63,976 nt of DNA, filler included, from Octopus bimaculoides (GCF_001194135.2; 8 parts of 6 records of this genome joined end to end with filler, not necessarily neighbours in it); one strand, 5' to 3'. Numbered from the whole stretch's first letter, positions 25,901 to 38,762 are shown. Notes: generated from the sequence alone by a model not told the origin. Made by a program: numbers and translations.

Positions 25901-27255
25901 TCCTACTGAATCAACTCTGTAACTCTGAATTCACCACACACTTACACACCTATGTCAAGCACATAATACTGACATATATTATGTATCCATGAGAAAGAGT
26001 GTGATATTAGTTTTTGCTTATCCCCAAGCCAGCTATGACTGAGGAGATATATGTATGGTCAATGCACATCTATCTAATCTTTTTGTAATTGTATACTCAA
26101 AGTATTTTATCCAATATGTCATTGTTGTTGTTTAAGATGACAGCATGTGTTCGTGTGGTTAAACTTCATATTTATTACTGTACTCAAACTTATTAGAAAT
26201 TGACAGAAGTCTTGTAATAAATATTGATCTCCCTGACAAAAAGATGTCATAAGGTCATTACAATTCTTAAACCTACATCAAGCTGTACAAATTTGTCTCC
26301 AGACAAAGTTGAGCATTTATGATCAGCAAATCAAGTAGATTGAAGGTTCATTTGCATATTCTTCAGTCCCTTGAAGAAAAAAGTCTTAATAGATTACAAC
26401 TACATAGTGTCTCTCTCTCTCTCTCATTTTTATCCCACCCTCTCAACTGTTCTCCATTAACATGTACTTTCAGATCTGATTCTAGATAATTCCACCTTGG
26501 ATACTTAAAAAAAAAAAAAAGACAATGTTAAATGAAATGCTACTTGCTTGCTTTATAGGTTTTATTGATGTTGGTGATGATAGTGTTGATGTCATAAATT
26601 CTAATAATAATTCTTCAATTTGAATGATAACAATATCTTTTATTTTATTATTTTAATAGACAGTCGTCTTTTGATTTATTATATAGCCTTTCAGAGATAA
26701 AATACTTCGATGACATACAAAACAAATGGGTTTAAAAAAAAAACATAAGTAAACACAAGTGAACCAGCTTTAACTTGTTTGTTTGTTATCTAAAAATTTC
26801 AATTATCCCCTCCCACTGAAATATGCTACACTAACATCCCTGATAGAACTACAAATGCACTTATTGTTGGGTATATGCTTACTTACAATGTCTATTTTGC
26901 TCTTAGAGGGGTTAATCAGCATTTAGGACTAGAAAGGAAGTTGGGCTTATGATTCTTAAGCATGATAAAGGGGTGGGGCATAGCAAGGCAGTCCACATGA
27001 TTCTCTATATTTAGAAGAGGGGCTAACACTTTAACTTCAGTATTTATGTTGGTTTTCTTGTATGTCTTAGTTATTATGTTTGAAAGAAGTCTTGTGCATG
27101 TGGGTGTGTTTGTTTCATTTATGTTCTTTTTTTTTGTTGGCAAGAACGTGTACATTAGGTAATTGTTTAATTTGTGCCATTGGAGTATCATGCAGTTCTC
27201 GGACCTGCCAGATTCTGTCAAACAGTCCAATCCATGCCAGCAAGGAACACAGATG

Positions 27256-27291
<36 letters not shown>

Positions 27292-27694
27292 ATATAGAAA
27301 ACGGACATTAAATGATGATAATACACACACACACACACACACTCATGCACATGGGTTTCTTTCTGTCTCTGCCTATGAAATTCATTCACAAGGCTTTGGT
27401 TAGTCTGGGGCTGGAGTAGAAGACACCCCAATTGCAGTGGAACTGAATGAGTTCACATGATTGGGAAGTGTATTTGTCAACCACACAGCCATGCTTGCAA
27501 ATAATTCATGTTTATTTATTTCAAATACTATAAAAATTAAGTTCTATTTGTAGTGCATAGTACCTAAGTAATTAATAAATATCAATAAAGAATAGATTAT
27601 TTTCTACTTTCCATGATATTCAAAACTACATACTAATTTTTGAAAGATATGGTTTGTAAATGGGGAATTTTAATAACTATAGTATTCCAGTATA

Positions 27695-28110
27695 CAGTAA
27701 TGCCTTGATAAATGAGTTAACTTGTTACTGGAGACCGTTTGTGCAGCGAAAAACTCTTAAAGCAGAGCAATAATTTCCCATAGTAGCAATATTTATAATA
27801 CTCGTAAATAAATGACAATAAAACAATAGTGGAATGTAAAGAATATTTTATGAAAATTAAAAGAATGTCAAAGTCATTTATAAAAAACATTATAATCATT
27901 TTCTGAATCACTTTCACTTGCACTAGACTCATACACACCATCACTTGTAGATGTGATCACTGATTCACAAGCACTTGTAGACGGACTTGTAGATTTCTTT
28001 TTAAAAAACAAATCTAGAGTTGTTTGCTTAGAAGCTTTTTTCTTAGAAGAAGCATTTTTTGGTAACATGCTGAAGCATTTGTTATAGTAGCAGAAACTTG
28101 TGCACTTCAT
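27695..28110 (-). mobile_element. Tigger/pogo transposon 3' end
   Basis: TA-CAGTAATGCCTTG terminus and minus-strand C-terminal KKKASKQTTLDLFFKK. Confidence 0.7.
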
Positions 28111-28229
28111 TCAAAATTTGGATATTGTGCTTGAAAAATAAAACTCCTAAATCCGGGTTTTCATAAAGCCGGTCCCCGTAAAGGAAGGTATTATCATATA
28201 CTGTTTTTTCATTATTGTCTACAAAAAAG

Positions 28230-28729
28230 AGAGAAGCTAACCAGAAACTGAGAGAAATTGGAGAGGGAAAAAAAAAGAACTAGCAACAGAATTTACTATA
28301 ACATCTAAAGAAACTAAATACTAAGCCAAACAAAAGCTTTCATAACTTCAAAAGATCACGAACCAGACTTCACAAATAAACCCACATGTACATGAATAAA
28401 CAAAGACAAAGATAGTATTAATAAGTAAAAAGATACTGAGAAATCTAAACAACATGATTAGCAAGATAACTGAGGTCTAACAGTAGGCCAACTGTATTAC
28501 AGTTATTAACTGGTTCAGCAACATTAGGAGGCTAAATCTAGAGCCAGATTCATGCAGTTTGATACTGTACATTTCTACCCTTCTAGCTCAAGACCACCAC
28601 TGGTCAAAGCTATCAATTTTGTCAGCACATATATATTGGCATTGATAAATCAGATATAGAGATAATCAGGCTTGCTTGTAAAACCCTACTCTTTGATAAC
28701 AAGTCACACTGGATCTAAATTGGTAGACC
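28230..28729 (+). mobile_element. Penelope-like RT fragment (5' part, left of Merlin)
   Basis: KAFITSKDHEPDFTNKPTC and DIEIIRLACKTLLFDNK. Confidence 0.75.
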
Positions 28730-29739
28730 AGCACACATGGTGGAGACGTAAATGGACCCCTCCCTGCCTTTAAGAACATTTTTTTTTATGGAATCCCACA
28801 TTTTTGGCTATGGAGATTCCAATTCTGAAAAAATATTTTCAAAAATCGCAACTTCAAAGTTTCAATAATTATGTAAGCTATATGTAAATGGTCTGAGGAA
28901 ATGAAGCTTTTGTGTTGGCCAAATGATTCATTGACCCTGAAACGGGCACTTGCACAAACCACATCGAGGCCTATTGGTCTTGAATCAAAGGATGGTTGAA
29001 GTATGTCACTCAATCATTGGGTGATATGAAATGGACCCACATTGACGAATCTGTGTATTGAGAAATGTATGGACTTACAGCTAAGAAAAATTTCCAGAAT
29101 TTCTATACATTTCTCAAACACATTGCCAAAGTTTATCCCCATTAAACTCCACCGGCACACATGGTGGAGAACTTTAATTTCACTTTGTCACAGTATTTCT
29201 TTGCTATTTTTACTTTTTTTTTTTCAAGAATTTGCTGTTATTTCTGCACTCATATTTTTTTGTAACTTTCAAAACAAAAACAAAAAAAAAATGAACATGT
29301 TAATTTCACTTTGTCATATTACTGTGGGAAATTACGCAGAAAGAAATCTTTGTAGAAAGGTGAGTAGATTGATTACATATTTCTTTCATTATGTTATCGC
29401 AGTTTTGTGTTATTTCGAGCATGTGGATAGCCTGTTTGAAGGCCAAGGCCATAGAATTGGGAGAGGAGGGTAATTTTTTTTTTCTTAAATTGAAATTTTA
29501 CAAACAATTTTTTTCAGAATCATTAATCTCTGTATTTTTCTACATATCTCACAAAAGCAATTTCCGGAAAAAGTGAAAAACGAAGAAATGGATAGTGGGA
29601 AATTGAAATTTTGAAGTTGCGATATTTGAAAATTTTTTTCAGAATTGGAATCTCCATAGCTGAAAACGTGGGATTCCGTAAAAAAAAAAAAGTTTTTAAA
29701 GGTGGGACGGGGTCTGTTTACATCTCTGCTATGTGCGCC
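28730..29739 (+). mobile_element. Merlin (IS1016/IS1595-like) transposon, internally deleted
   Basis: TIRs of about 136 bp (28730-28865 / 29603-29739). 28927-29145 reads FIDPETGTCTNHIEAYWS*IK...HIDESVY*E...FLKHIAKVYPH*, the ISXO2-like C-terminal motif (F.DP.TG.HTN.IE..W, H.DE). Confidence 0.8.
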
Positions 29740-29960
29740 TAATACCAATATTAGACTTTATTGTGATGATGGAATAGTAATATCAAACAGCCACATTCTA
29801 GACACTCTTTGTGAAAAAAATCTCACAGCTGTCTCTAATAGCATATAACTTAAGATTATGGTTAGCCAACTATAACTTTCTAGACACTTCTCAAGATTGA
29901 GTCCATTATCTACAAACTTTCATAAACCAAATGTCTTGCCGCCCAACATTGTACCTAAAA
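29740..29960 (+). mobile_element. Penelope-like RT fragment (3' part, right of Merlin)
   Basis: NIRLYCDDG...YNFLD...FHKPN. Confidence 0.7.
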
Positions 29961-29974
29961 ATCTTACATAAGTG

Positions 29975-30115
29975 CGAGGATGGCTGTGTTGTAAGCAGTT
30001 TGCTTCCCAACTATATGGTTCCAGATTCAGTCCTACAGCCTGGCACCTTGGGCAATTTCTTCTACTATAGACTCAGGCTGATCAAAATCTTGTGAGTGGA
30101 TTTGGTAGATGGAAA
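29975..30115 (+). mobile_element. SINE family B 5' half, CpG-decayed
   Basis: ggctgtgttgtaagcagtttgcttcccaac...ctcaggctgatcaaaatcttgtgagtggatttggtagatgg. Confidence 0.75.
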
Positions 30116-31329
30116 GTTTTCAATAGAGTAATTGTTTATTTTAATAAGGACTTGTTATATGATGGCTTCAAGGAAAGGATCTCACACACTCTGTGCAATC
30201 ACAATTCCAGATAAACCGAGAAATATATTATGCTTTACTTCTACTTTCTCTCTGTCTGTGGACTAATGTAGTAAAAAAAAGTTCCTACTAGATGAACATT
30301 TTCATGATAATCATACATCCAGAAAAATCTTCAAAAGGTGTTTTATGGTGATAAGCTACAGTTACAGTCCATAGTCCCAATGTGAAAGCAAACACCTCAA
30401 TAGAACCAAATAGGCAGACCATCCTATATTCATGCAGGAATGTTGAAACTTGTCTGTTAGGTCAAACATGCAGCATAAAATCAGTAGAGTGCAAAACTGA
30501 AGTCACTTCAACCATGTTGAACCAGATGACTGATAAAAAAAGGCTTCAAAGACATGTGTGAAGGGACATTCAAGAAAAGATCTTACAACTATAGTTGTCC
30601 TTCAGATACATAGCTAAAAGGAACAAATCAACATCAGCTGACCATATCTAGAAAATAAATTGAAACCTCAACTACAATCCTACATGGAGGGTCCTCATTA
30701 GGTGAAGCCATATGTAAAAGGTCTGAGGAAATGAAGCCTTTGAATGGTTGAAAAAAAAAACATACATCATGCTTAAAACAAAGAGCTCAACAAATTATCT
30801 ACATAAATAAGAATATATCCACTAAGTGTATCCATACAGAAAAATTCCTCCTATCCAACTGGAAAATTTTGCTAGCACCAGATTAGCAGCACCACACCAC
30901 ACAAATCCAGTTGGGCATGTCCTCCACTTTTTACTTTCTTTTGAAACATTTGCAGTATTCAAAATCACACACACAACATGTACCAACATGTTATAAACTG
31001 TCAACTCACAACTTCATATATTATCATTGGTCATTATTGGAATGCAGCAAAACAAAGAGGCTTTCATTTTAAGCAAAACCAAACCAGATATCTTCATTTG
31101 TAAATGAATAGGAGTTGCTGTTCAATACTATTAAGCTACTGTTTATAAAACCGACAAGGAAAGAAATGTTTCAACAACTAAGTTGTCATACACCTACCTG
31201 TAACTGTAACTGACCAACAATAATGTGCTTCAAACTGATTCAAAAGTGTCTTCCAAGCTGATACCACCACCCTATTATAACCCATGCTAGAGGTAGTTAA
31301 AAGAGAAGAGTGAAATGGAAGCCACTTAC

Positions 31330-31441
31330 ATCAGGACTGGTGTATAGCAACTCATAATACTGACGGGCATGGTCCAAGTCTGACTCCCGTGACATGGTGA
31401 TGTTGGTAAGATTCTGCTGGATGGCAAAAATATTACGACAC
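31330..31441 (-). CDS. EXOC4: Internal coding exon of exocyst complex component 4 (Sec8), C-terminal region
   Basis: 112-bp exon with acceptor ttgtttattgcag and donor GTAAGT. Reads (M)[37 protein letters not shown], close to vertebrate EXOC4 [39 protein letters not shown] (recalled). Too short for the ORF track. Confidence 0.93.
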
Positions 31442-31928
31442 CTGCAATAAACAATTGTACAATGGTAATAGTGATGGTGCTGATAGTCAGGAGTGGCAAA
31501 TGTTGTGATATGTGGTAATAACAGTGAAATAGTGATATACAGCTCTTACAAAAACCATCACAACAAAAGTATATTGTAACATCTTGATGTCATTCACTTA
31601 CAAGCACACATGTATATACAATACACATAACATATACACACATATATGTATAGGTACAAGCATGGCTGTGTGGTTAGTAAGTTCACTTTTTAATCATGTG
31701 ATTTCTGGTTCACTATTATTGTTGTCCTGGGCTAAATAATGTCTTTTGAGTGAATTTAGTATATGGAAACAGCTGGAAGCCTGTATCACACATGCATATG
31801 TAACATAGCTGGTCACAAAGGGCACTGCATTGTTATAGCTTTTGAATAATACCTCCCACCTGGCCAGGCCAATATTCCCCCTGAATGGAATGCCAGTCTG
31901 TTGCAGAGTTAGTCATTTACAGCTGAGT

Positions 31929-31964
<36 letters not shown>

Positions 31965-31969
31965 TCATC

Positions 31970-32137
31970 ATCATCATCATCATCGTTTAACGTCCGCTTT
32001 CCATGCTAGCATGGGTTGGACGATTTGACTGAGGACTGGTGCAACCGGATAGCTACACCAGGCTCCAATCTAATTTGGCAGAGTTTCTACAGCTGGATGC
32101 CCTTCCTAACGCCAACCACTCAGAGAGTGTAGTGGGT
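31970..32137 (-). mobile_element. RTE LINE 3' UTR/tail
   Basis: (CAT)n followed by cgtttaacgtccgctttccatgctagcatggg...ggatgcccttcctaacgccaacc. A related plus-strand tail lies at about 27190-27290. Confidence 0.7.
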
Positions 32138-32529
32138 NNNNNNNNNNNNNNNNNNNNNNNNNNNNNNNNNNNNNNNNNNNNNNNNNNNNNNNNNNNNNNN
32201 NNNNNNNNNNNNNNNNNNNNNNNNNNNNNNNNNNNNNNNNNNNNNNNNNNNNNNNNNNNNNNNNNNNNNNNNNNNNNNNNNNNNNNNNNNNNNNNNNNNN
32301 NNNNNNNNNNNNNNNNNNNNNNNNNNNNNNNNNNNNNNNNNNNNNNNNNNNNNNNNNNNNNNNNNNNNNNNNNNNNNNNNNNNNNNNNNNNNNNNNNNNN
32401 NNNNNNNNNNNNNNNNNNNNNNNNNNNNNNNNNNNNNNNNNNNNNNNNNNNNNNNNNNNNNNNNNNNNNNNNNNNNNNNNNNNNNNNNNNNNNNNNNNNN
32501 NNNNNNNNNNNNNNNNNNNNNNNNNNNNN

Positions 32530-32562
<33 letters not shown>

Positions 32563-32769
32563 ATCAAAACAAGTTTGATTCAAATTCCTTGGTACTTTAA
32601 GTTTCAAAATGTAATGCTAATCCTCAGTCATTGGAAATTTGAATGAGAGGTCAATTGGAGAAAGTCAATTGTTATTTGTTAAGGTTATTTCTACAGATAT
32701 TCTCTAGAAATTACAGCTAGCACTGATTTTTGTTACTACATTTCGTATGCGAGATATTAGATGTAAACA

Positions 32770-33010
32770 ATGAGATTGAAGATGAAAAATGGGTAATGGG
32801 TGCATATGTTATATTTCGAGGGTTTTTGCCCCTTCATCAGTACCCATCTAACCCATTAATCATCCTCAAACACATTGTTTAAATAGCCACTATACATAGC
32901 GGTGTAAAGTTATTGGATATATCAATTTACATATTAAACGCAATCCTGGAAGCTGGTACATAAATACTAATGGTTTGTAGGTAATGTGGTATTTTGTTAT
33001 CCAACCATAA
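32770..33010 (-). mobile_element. Second copy of the hammerhead-bearing dispersed repeat
   Basis: Homologous to 780-1010. Confidence 0.55.
32795..32848 (-). ncRNA. Minimal type I hammerhead ribozyme motif, second copy, probably inactive
   Basis: Minus strand reads CTGATGA-A-GGGG(caaaaa)CCCT-C-GAAA with helix III ATAT/ATAT and a helix I of about 7 bp (GATGGGT/ACCCATT). Position 17 is G. Confidence 0.6.
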
Positions 33011-33100
33011 TATACTATAAAGTATATCCAACATTTAAAATACCTTATAGTATATGTGTACATGCACACATCTACACACATATGTGTATGTATATGTGTA

Positions 33101-33139
<39 letters not shown>

Positions 33140-33149
33140 NNNNNNNNNN

Positions 33150-34201
33150 GACCAGATCTGTGGATGATGCAAGGTCCCCTCTCGACCGAAAATAACGTGG
33201 TGGTGGAACAACGCTATTGACAGGGCTATTAGACAAAAGAAATAGGCTTGGAAAGACAGGAAGAACGGTGGTAGCAGGGAATTGTATCAGACTGCCAGAA
33301 GGGAAGCTAGGCAACAAGTTTATTTAGCCAGAAGAGAAGCAGATAAGAAAAAGTTTGCCAATGTTCTGCGCCGTGAGGACCAAAGACTTGAGGTATTTCG
33401 TGTTGCAAGACAGTGTGTGAGAGAGAAATGTGTTNNNNNNNNNNGGTATTTCGTGTTGCAAGACAGTGTGTGAGAGAGAAATGTGTTCGCATGGATGATG
33501 GTACACTTGCACTAAACGAGGCTGCAAAGAAAGAGGTATGGAGATGCCACTATAAAAGGTTGCTCAATAAAGAGAACGAATGGGAGAAAGAGAGTCTGCT
33601 GAACAGAGGGACCAGCGATTCGAGTTGTCAGTACCATGGTAGATAAAGCTATTAAGAGTATGAAGACAGGGAAAGCCCTTGGCCCTTCAGGAATCACTGC
33701 AGAGATGCTCAAGATATCTGGCAGTGTCGGCTGTAGCCTAGTCACCCATATTGTTAACCAGGTGATACATGAAGGAGTCATACCCAATGACTGGTGTAGC
33801 AGCATCATTGTCAACTGCAACAAAGGTAAAGGTGATGCTTTAGATACAAATAATTCCAGATCAGGTAATGAAAGTCACGGAAAGGGTCATAGCCCAATTG
33901 ATTAGGGAGAGAGTCAGTTTAGATGAGATGCAGTTTGGGTTTGTGCCAGGGAAAAGCACCACTGATGCTATATTTCTGGTAAGGCAGTTAAAGGAGAAAT
34001 ACCTAGCCAAAGATAAACCTCTGTACCTGGCTTTCGTTGACATGGAGAAAGCTTTTGACAGGGTCCCCCGATCCCTTATCTGGTGGTCAATGAGGAAACT
34101 AGGGATAGAATAATGGTTAGTGAGAGTTGTGCGAGTCATGTACAGAGACGCTATCAGTAAGGTGAGGGTTGGCAACGAGTACAGTGAAAAATTCCGGGTA
34201 G
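33150..34201 (+). mobile_element. RTE LINE ORF2 fragment (RT domain)
   Basis: KAIKSMKTGKALGPSGITAEMLK and DEMQFGFVPGKSTTDAIFLVRQLKEKYL...AFVDMEKAFDRVPR, with frameshifts. Confidence 0.92.
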
Positions 34202-34301
34202 NNNNNNNNNNNNNNNNNNNNNNNNNNNNNNNNNNNNNNNNNNNNTTAATTAATTAANNNNNNNNNNNNNNNNNNNNNNNNNNNNNNNNNNNNNNNNNNN
34301 N
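34202..34301. other. Artificial scaffold linker 2
   Basis: 44 N + TTAATTAATTAA + 44 N. Confidence 0.95.
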
Positions 34302-34444
34302 TATTATTATTATTATTATTATTATTATCATTATTATCATTATTATCATCATTATCATCATCATCATCATCTTCATCGTCGTCGTCGTCGTAGTCGTCAT
34401 CATCATCCTCATTATCCTCCTCCTCATCATCATCATCATCATCA

Positions 34445-34498
<54 letters not shown>

Positions 34499-34710
34499 TA
34501 AGGCGACGAGCTGGCAGAATCGTTAGCACGCCAGGCGAAATGCTTAGCGGTATTTCGTCTGTCTTTATTTCCTGAGTTCAAGGTCCGCCGAGGTCGACTT
34601 TGCCTTTCACCCTTTCGGGGTCGATGAAATTAGTTCAACTTGAAGACTGGGGTCGATCGAATCGACTACGCTCTCCCCCAAATTTCCTTTAGTAGAAAGG
34701 ATTATTACTA
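34499..34710 (+). mobile_element. SINE family A
   Basis: aaggcgacgagctggcagaatcgttagcacgccaggcgaaatgcttagcgg. Confidence 0.85.
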
Positions 34711-35510
34711 GCAGTAGTATCTTCTCTCAATTTTGATTCCATTTCTTGCTGAGTGTCTTCCCGACACTTAGGGCAAAGAAACTCACTGTATAAAATAGCA
34801 GGCCATTAAAATAAACATACCATTTACAAAGTCATGTAATAGACAAAAAAGAGAAGGAAGACAGAGGAAAGAAGGAAAAAAATGAAAAAGAAAACAAAAA
34901 ATAAGGGGGAAAAGAAAGAAAATTCACCGCGACAGTTCTCCTCTCAATACGTGTGACGTACCTATTAAGACAATATTTTGCAATTCCTGCATGGATGGTA
35001 AGCCAGGGATCATTCTCAAATAATTGTCAGTTCCCTTTTTGATCATTCCAAGTGCTTCTACAAACACTGGTATTGTAACCGTCTTGAGATGCCACATTTT
35101 TTTCAATTTCAATCAGCAATGTTTTATATTTTCTGAGTTTATCAAATTCTTTTGCCGAGATATTATGATCCCAAGATATGCTCATGTTAATCAATAAACG
35201 GATTTTCTTGTTCTGGTCTTTTACAACAATATCTGGTTAATTAGGGTTGATTGTCCTGTCCGTATGTACTGGAAAGTCCCGAAGAATCGTTAATTTTTTT
35301 CCCTTTAGTTATAGCCTCAGGATGGTGCTTGTACCATTTGTCAGCAGTTTTGATTTTACAATGCCGACACATTATCCCGAGAAGACATTGGCTAACCGTG
35401 TGATGTCTAGATTTATACTCTACTGGTCTACTGTCCCACTCTCATTTGTTGCAGTATCGACACTTTGTGGCTCTTCTCCATTTTTCATTACGCTGACTTA
35501 GTAGTTACGG
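34710..35510 (-). mobile_element. R4/Dong-like LINE 3' region
   Basis: KMWHLKTVTIPVFVEALGMIKKGT...LQNIVLIGTSHVL, with an upstream PDI-type endonuclease region and zinc-knuckle CR.CG. Confidence 0.8.
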
Positions 35511-36011
35511 GTCAATAAGCTACGATCTGCCTCTTAGCAATTGAAATATGTTACAAACATATTTTAATTAATCTAAATTTTGCTTACGCCTGAACACTGC
35601 TTGATGCTAACACTTCGTTATTTTCTTCGATCGGGCGATCTACTAGCACAAATCAGTCAACGTTGTTGACTGATTTATACATGAAGCTATTGCTTTATGA
35701 GCTTCTTCAGAGTTGCTTCTCTTAAGTACATCCCTCTGACAAGAGTCAATACACTCGAAAGAGTCCTGAAGGAAAGGAAAGATGATCACGTGTGGAAAAG
35801 AAAGATGGACGATGGTCATGCGTGGGTAAGGAGAGAGATAAAAAGAGAAAGGGAGAAAGACAGAGACAGATAGAAATCGGTGAAGGGGAGAAAACAATGA
35901 GCGAGAAAACAGTATAGAGTAGAGTCGCATGGAAAAGATTAAGATAAACTTACTTGGAAATGGATGCGTGGCGTTCGATCATATAATAATATAACATAAT
36001 ATAACATAATA

Positions 36012-36045
<34 letters not shown>

Positions 36046-36571
36046 CATATATATATGCATATGTATATGTATATATGCATATGTATATATATGTATATAT
36101 GTATATATGTATATGTATATATGCATATGTATATATATNNNNNNNNNNNNNNNNNNNNNNNNNNNNNNNNNNNNNNNNNNNNNNNNNNNNNNNNNNNNNN
36201 NNNNNNNNNNNNNNNNNNNNNNNNNNNNNNNNNNNNNNNNNNNNNNNNNNNNNNNNNNNNNNNNNNNNNNNNNNNNNNNNNNNNNNNNNNNNNNNNNNNN
36301 NNNNNNNNNNNNNNNNNNNNNNNNNNNNNNNNNNNNNNNNNNNNNNNNNNNNNNNNNNNNNNNNNNNNNNNNNNNNNNNNNNNNNNNNNNNNNNNNNNNN
36401 NNNNNNNNNNNNNNNNNNNNNNNNNNNNNNNNNNNNNNNNNNNNNNNNNNNNNNNNNNNNNNNNNNNNNNNNNNNNNNNNNNNNNNNNNNNNNNNNNNNN
36501 NNNNNNNNNNNNNNNNNNNNNNNNNNNNNNNNNNNNNNNNNNNNNNNNNNNNNNNNNNNNNNNNNNNNNNN

Positions 36572-36610
<39 letters not shown>

Positions 36611-36670
36611 TATTTATATTATTATTTGACTGAACGCCACGCATCCATTTATATATATATATATATATAC

Positions 36671-36701
<31 letters not shown>

Positions 36702-38292
36702 CGTGTGTGTACACATATATGCGTATGTATATGTATGAACCAAGGTGTAATTGGTATCTATTCACAGACACCAAATAATCAAAGTTAGCGAAGCATGACA
36801 GACCATATGACTACTCATTAGGAAATAGATTAAGGAGTTTTAAGGAGAATTATTAAGGAAGATATACATTGCACCAGTCCTAAGCATAAATAAAAATTAA
36901 TTACTTTCTCTCTAAAGTTTATATATATTGCAGTTTTTTTCCTGGTAATTTCGTTTTATGGTTATTAGCTTACCTGCGAGTGCCTTCTGCTGGCGTTTAC
37001 CACAGATTACCATAGACTATTAGGAAGAAGCAACGGGTGGTTATGTGAAATCATTAATTGCTTTGAATCTCATGATAATATCTAGTTGTTCGCTCTTTTA
37101 GTGTAGTGTTTCAGTGATTTTGTTTTATGGAGGGTCGAAGGAGACAGAGTAAGATAGATAAATAGATAGATAGATAGAGAGAGACAGAGAGAGAGAGAGA
37201 GAGAGGGGGGGTAGCGAGAAAGAGAGAGGCGATAATTTCGCCTGTGGAGTCCTATCACTTAGGTTGATAATGGTCACTCCTAACTTTTGGCGAATGGTAA
37301 TTGCAATACATTACAATAAGATATTAAGTGTCCAACAAAATGGGAGCGCCAATTTGTGGTAGGTGATCTTTAGTAGCCAGCCGATCGATCTTTCATCGCA
37401 TCATCACGTGAGTAGGTCTTCTATCGGATTGTGTTGCAATCGTTTCTTTTTTCATACAGTGGTTTCTTGATGTAAACAGTGAAGTTTTTTTTAAATTTTG
37501 CTAATTGCCGAGTTTAGGTCTTTACATCCTTAATACATTTCTTTTTGCTTGCATGTATACATACTCCCCTCTATTTTTTGAAGTTATCGCATAGACATGA
37601 CTTGAGTTGAAATATACCCAGCTCTATTGTTCATATGTAAATCAAAATACTTAGCTCTATCGTTGACATGTGGATTAAAATCACTATTGACATTGAGTAA
37701 TTTCTTGCATATATTTACGGATTGCATTTGTAACGCCTTTTAGCTGGCTGACGTTTTTTTCCCCTGGAAACACTTAGTTTTTCCATATTATCACTTACTA
37801 ACAAAACCAAGTTCACTAATTATAATTTGTTCCCATTTATACGTGAACTTATAAGCATGGTATAGAACCTGAAAGTTTCGAAATGGTTGTCCGTTGTTAC
37901 ACTCAATCTCTTTGATTTTCGTAGAGATATTCACATTGGACCGCTATGAGGGTGCATACTTCTTATTATCTATCTGCTCCTGAATAACGCAATGTTGTAT
38001 TCCAAAACCCCGTTCAGAAATTACTGCGTAGAAGATAACTATTAAGAAGGTAGGTCCATTTACACACGTACACATGTAGATACCTGCATACACAATCAAA
38101 CATACAGACATACATGAACAGATATTTGTGTTCATACTGACTCGCGTACACACACGAACACGCCACACGTACACACATGCATTGCGCATAGCTATATACA
38201 TATCGATATAACCCAAACCATACTCAAACACTTATATATGTGATGCATATTGATAGACATACCAAAGAATATTTCTACTCAAACGTCTTTGA

Positions 38293-38330
<38 letters not shown>

Positions 38331-38447
38331 NNNNNNNNNNNNNNNNNNNNNNNNNNNNNNNNNNNNNNNNNNNNNNNNNNNNNNNNNNNNNNNNNNNNNN
38401 NNNNNNNNNNNNNNNNNNNNNNNNNNNNNNNNNNNNNNNNNNNNNNN

Positions 38448-38486
<39 letters not shown>

Positions 38487-38762
38487 AATGAGAAGATAAG
38501 AAAATAGAGAGATAATTAATAGTTGTTTATTAATTAAAAAATTAGACATCATCTCTGCCAGCTGTTTCGATTCCAGACCTTTATAAAATAATTACCATAA
38601 TTAAAACCATTTAAAAGTCGAATCTCGACAGAGCTGGTTAAAGACATACAATTAGATGTTCATATTCCTGCTTGTTGAATATACGGCTCAAAACCATACA
38701 AGGTTTTGGGTATATCGATGTGTATCTAGCTATATGCAATGCATGTGTGTATTTGTTGTGTG

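Noticed and set aside
30822-31004. 60-aa ORF near the EXOC4 exon
   Set aside because: No similarity to EXOC4 or other recognised proteins and no clear splice sites.
35653-35679. 12-bp perfect hairpin aaatcagtcaac-gtt-gttgactgattt, and a nearby minus-strand acceptor
   Set aside because: A short AT-rich inverted repeat expected occasionally by chance. The adjacent putative exon has no recognisable product or good donor.
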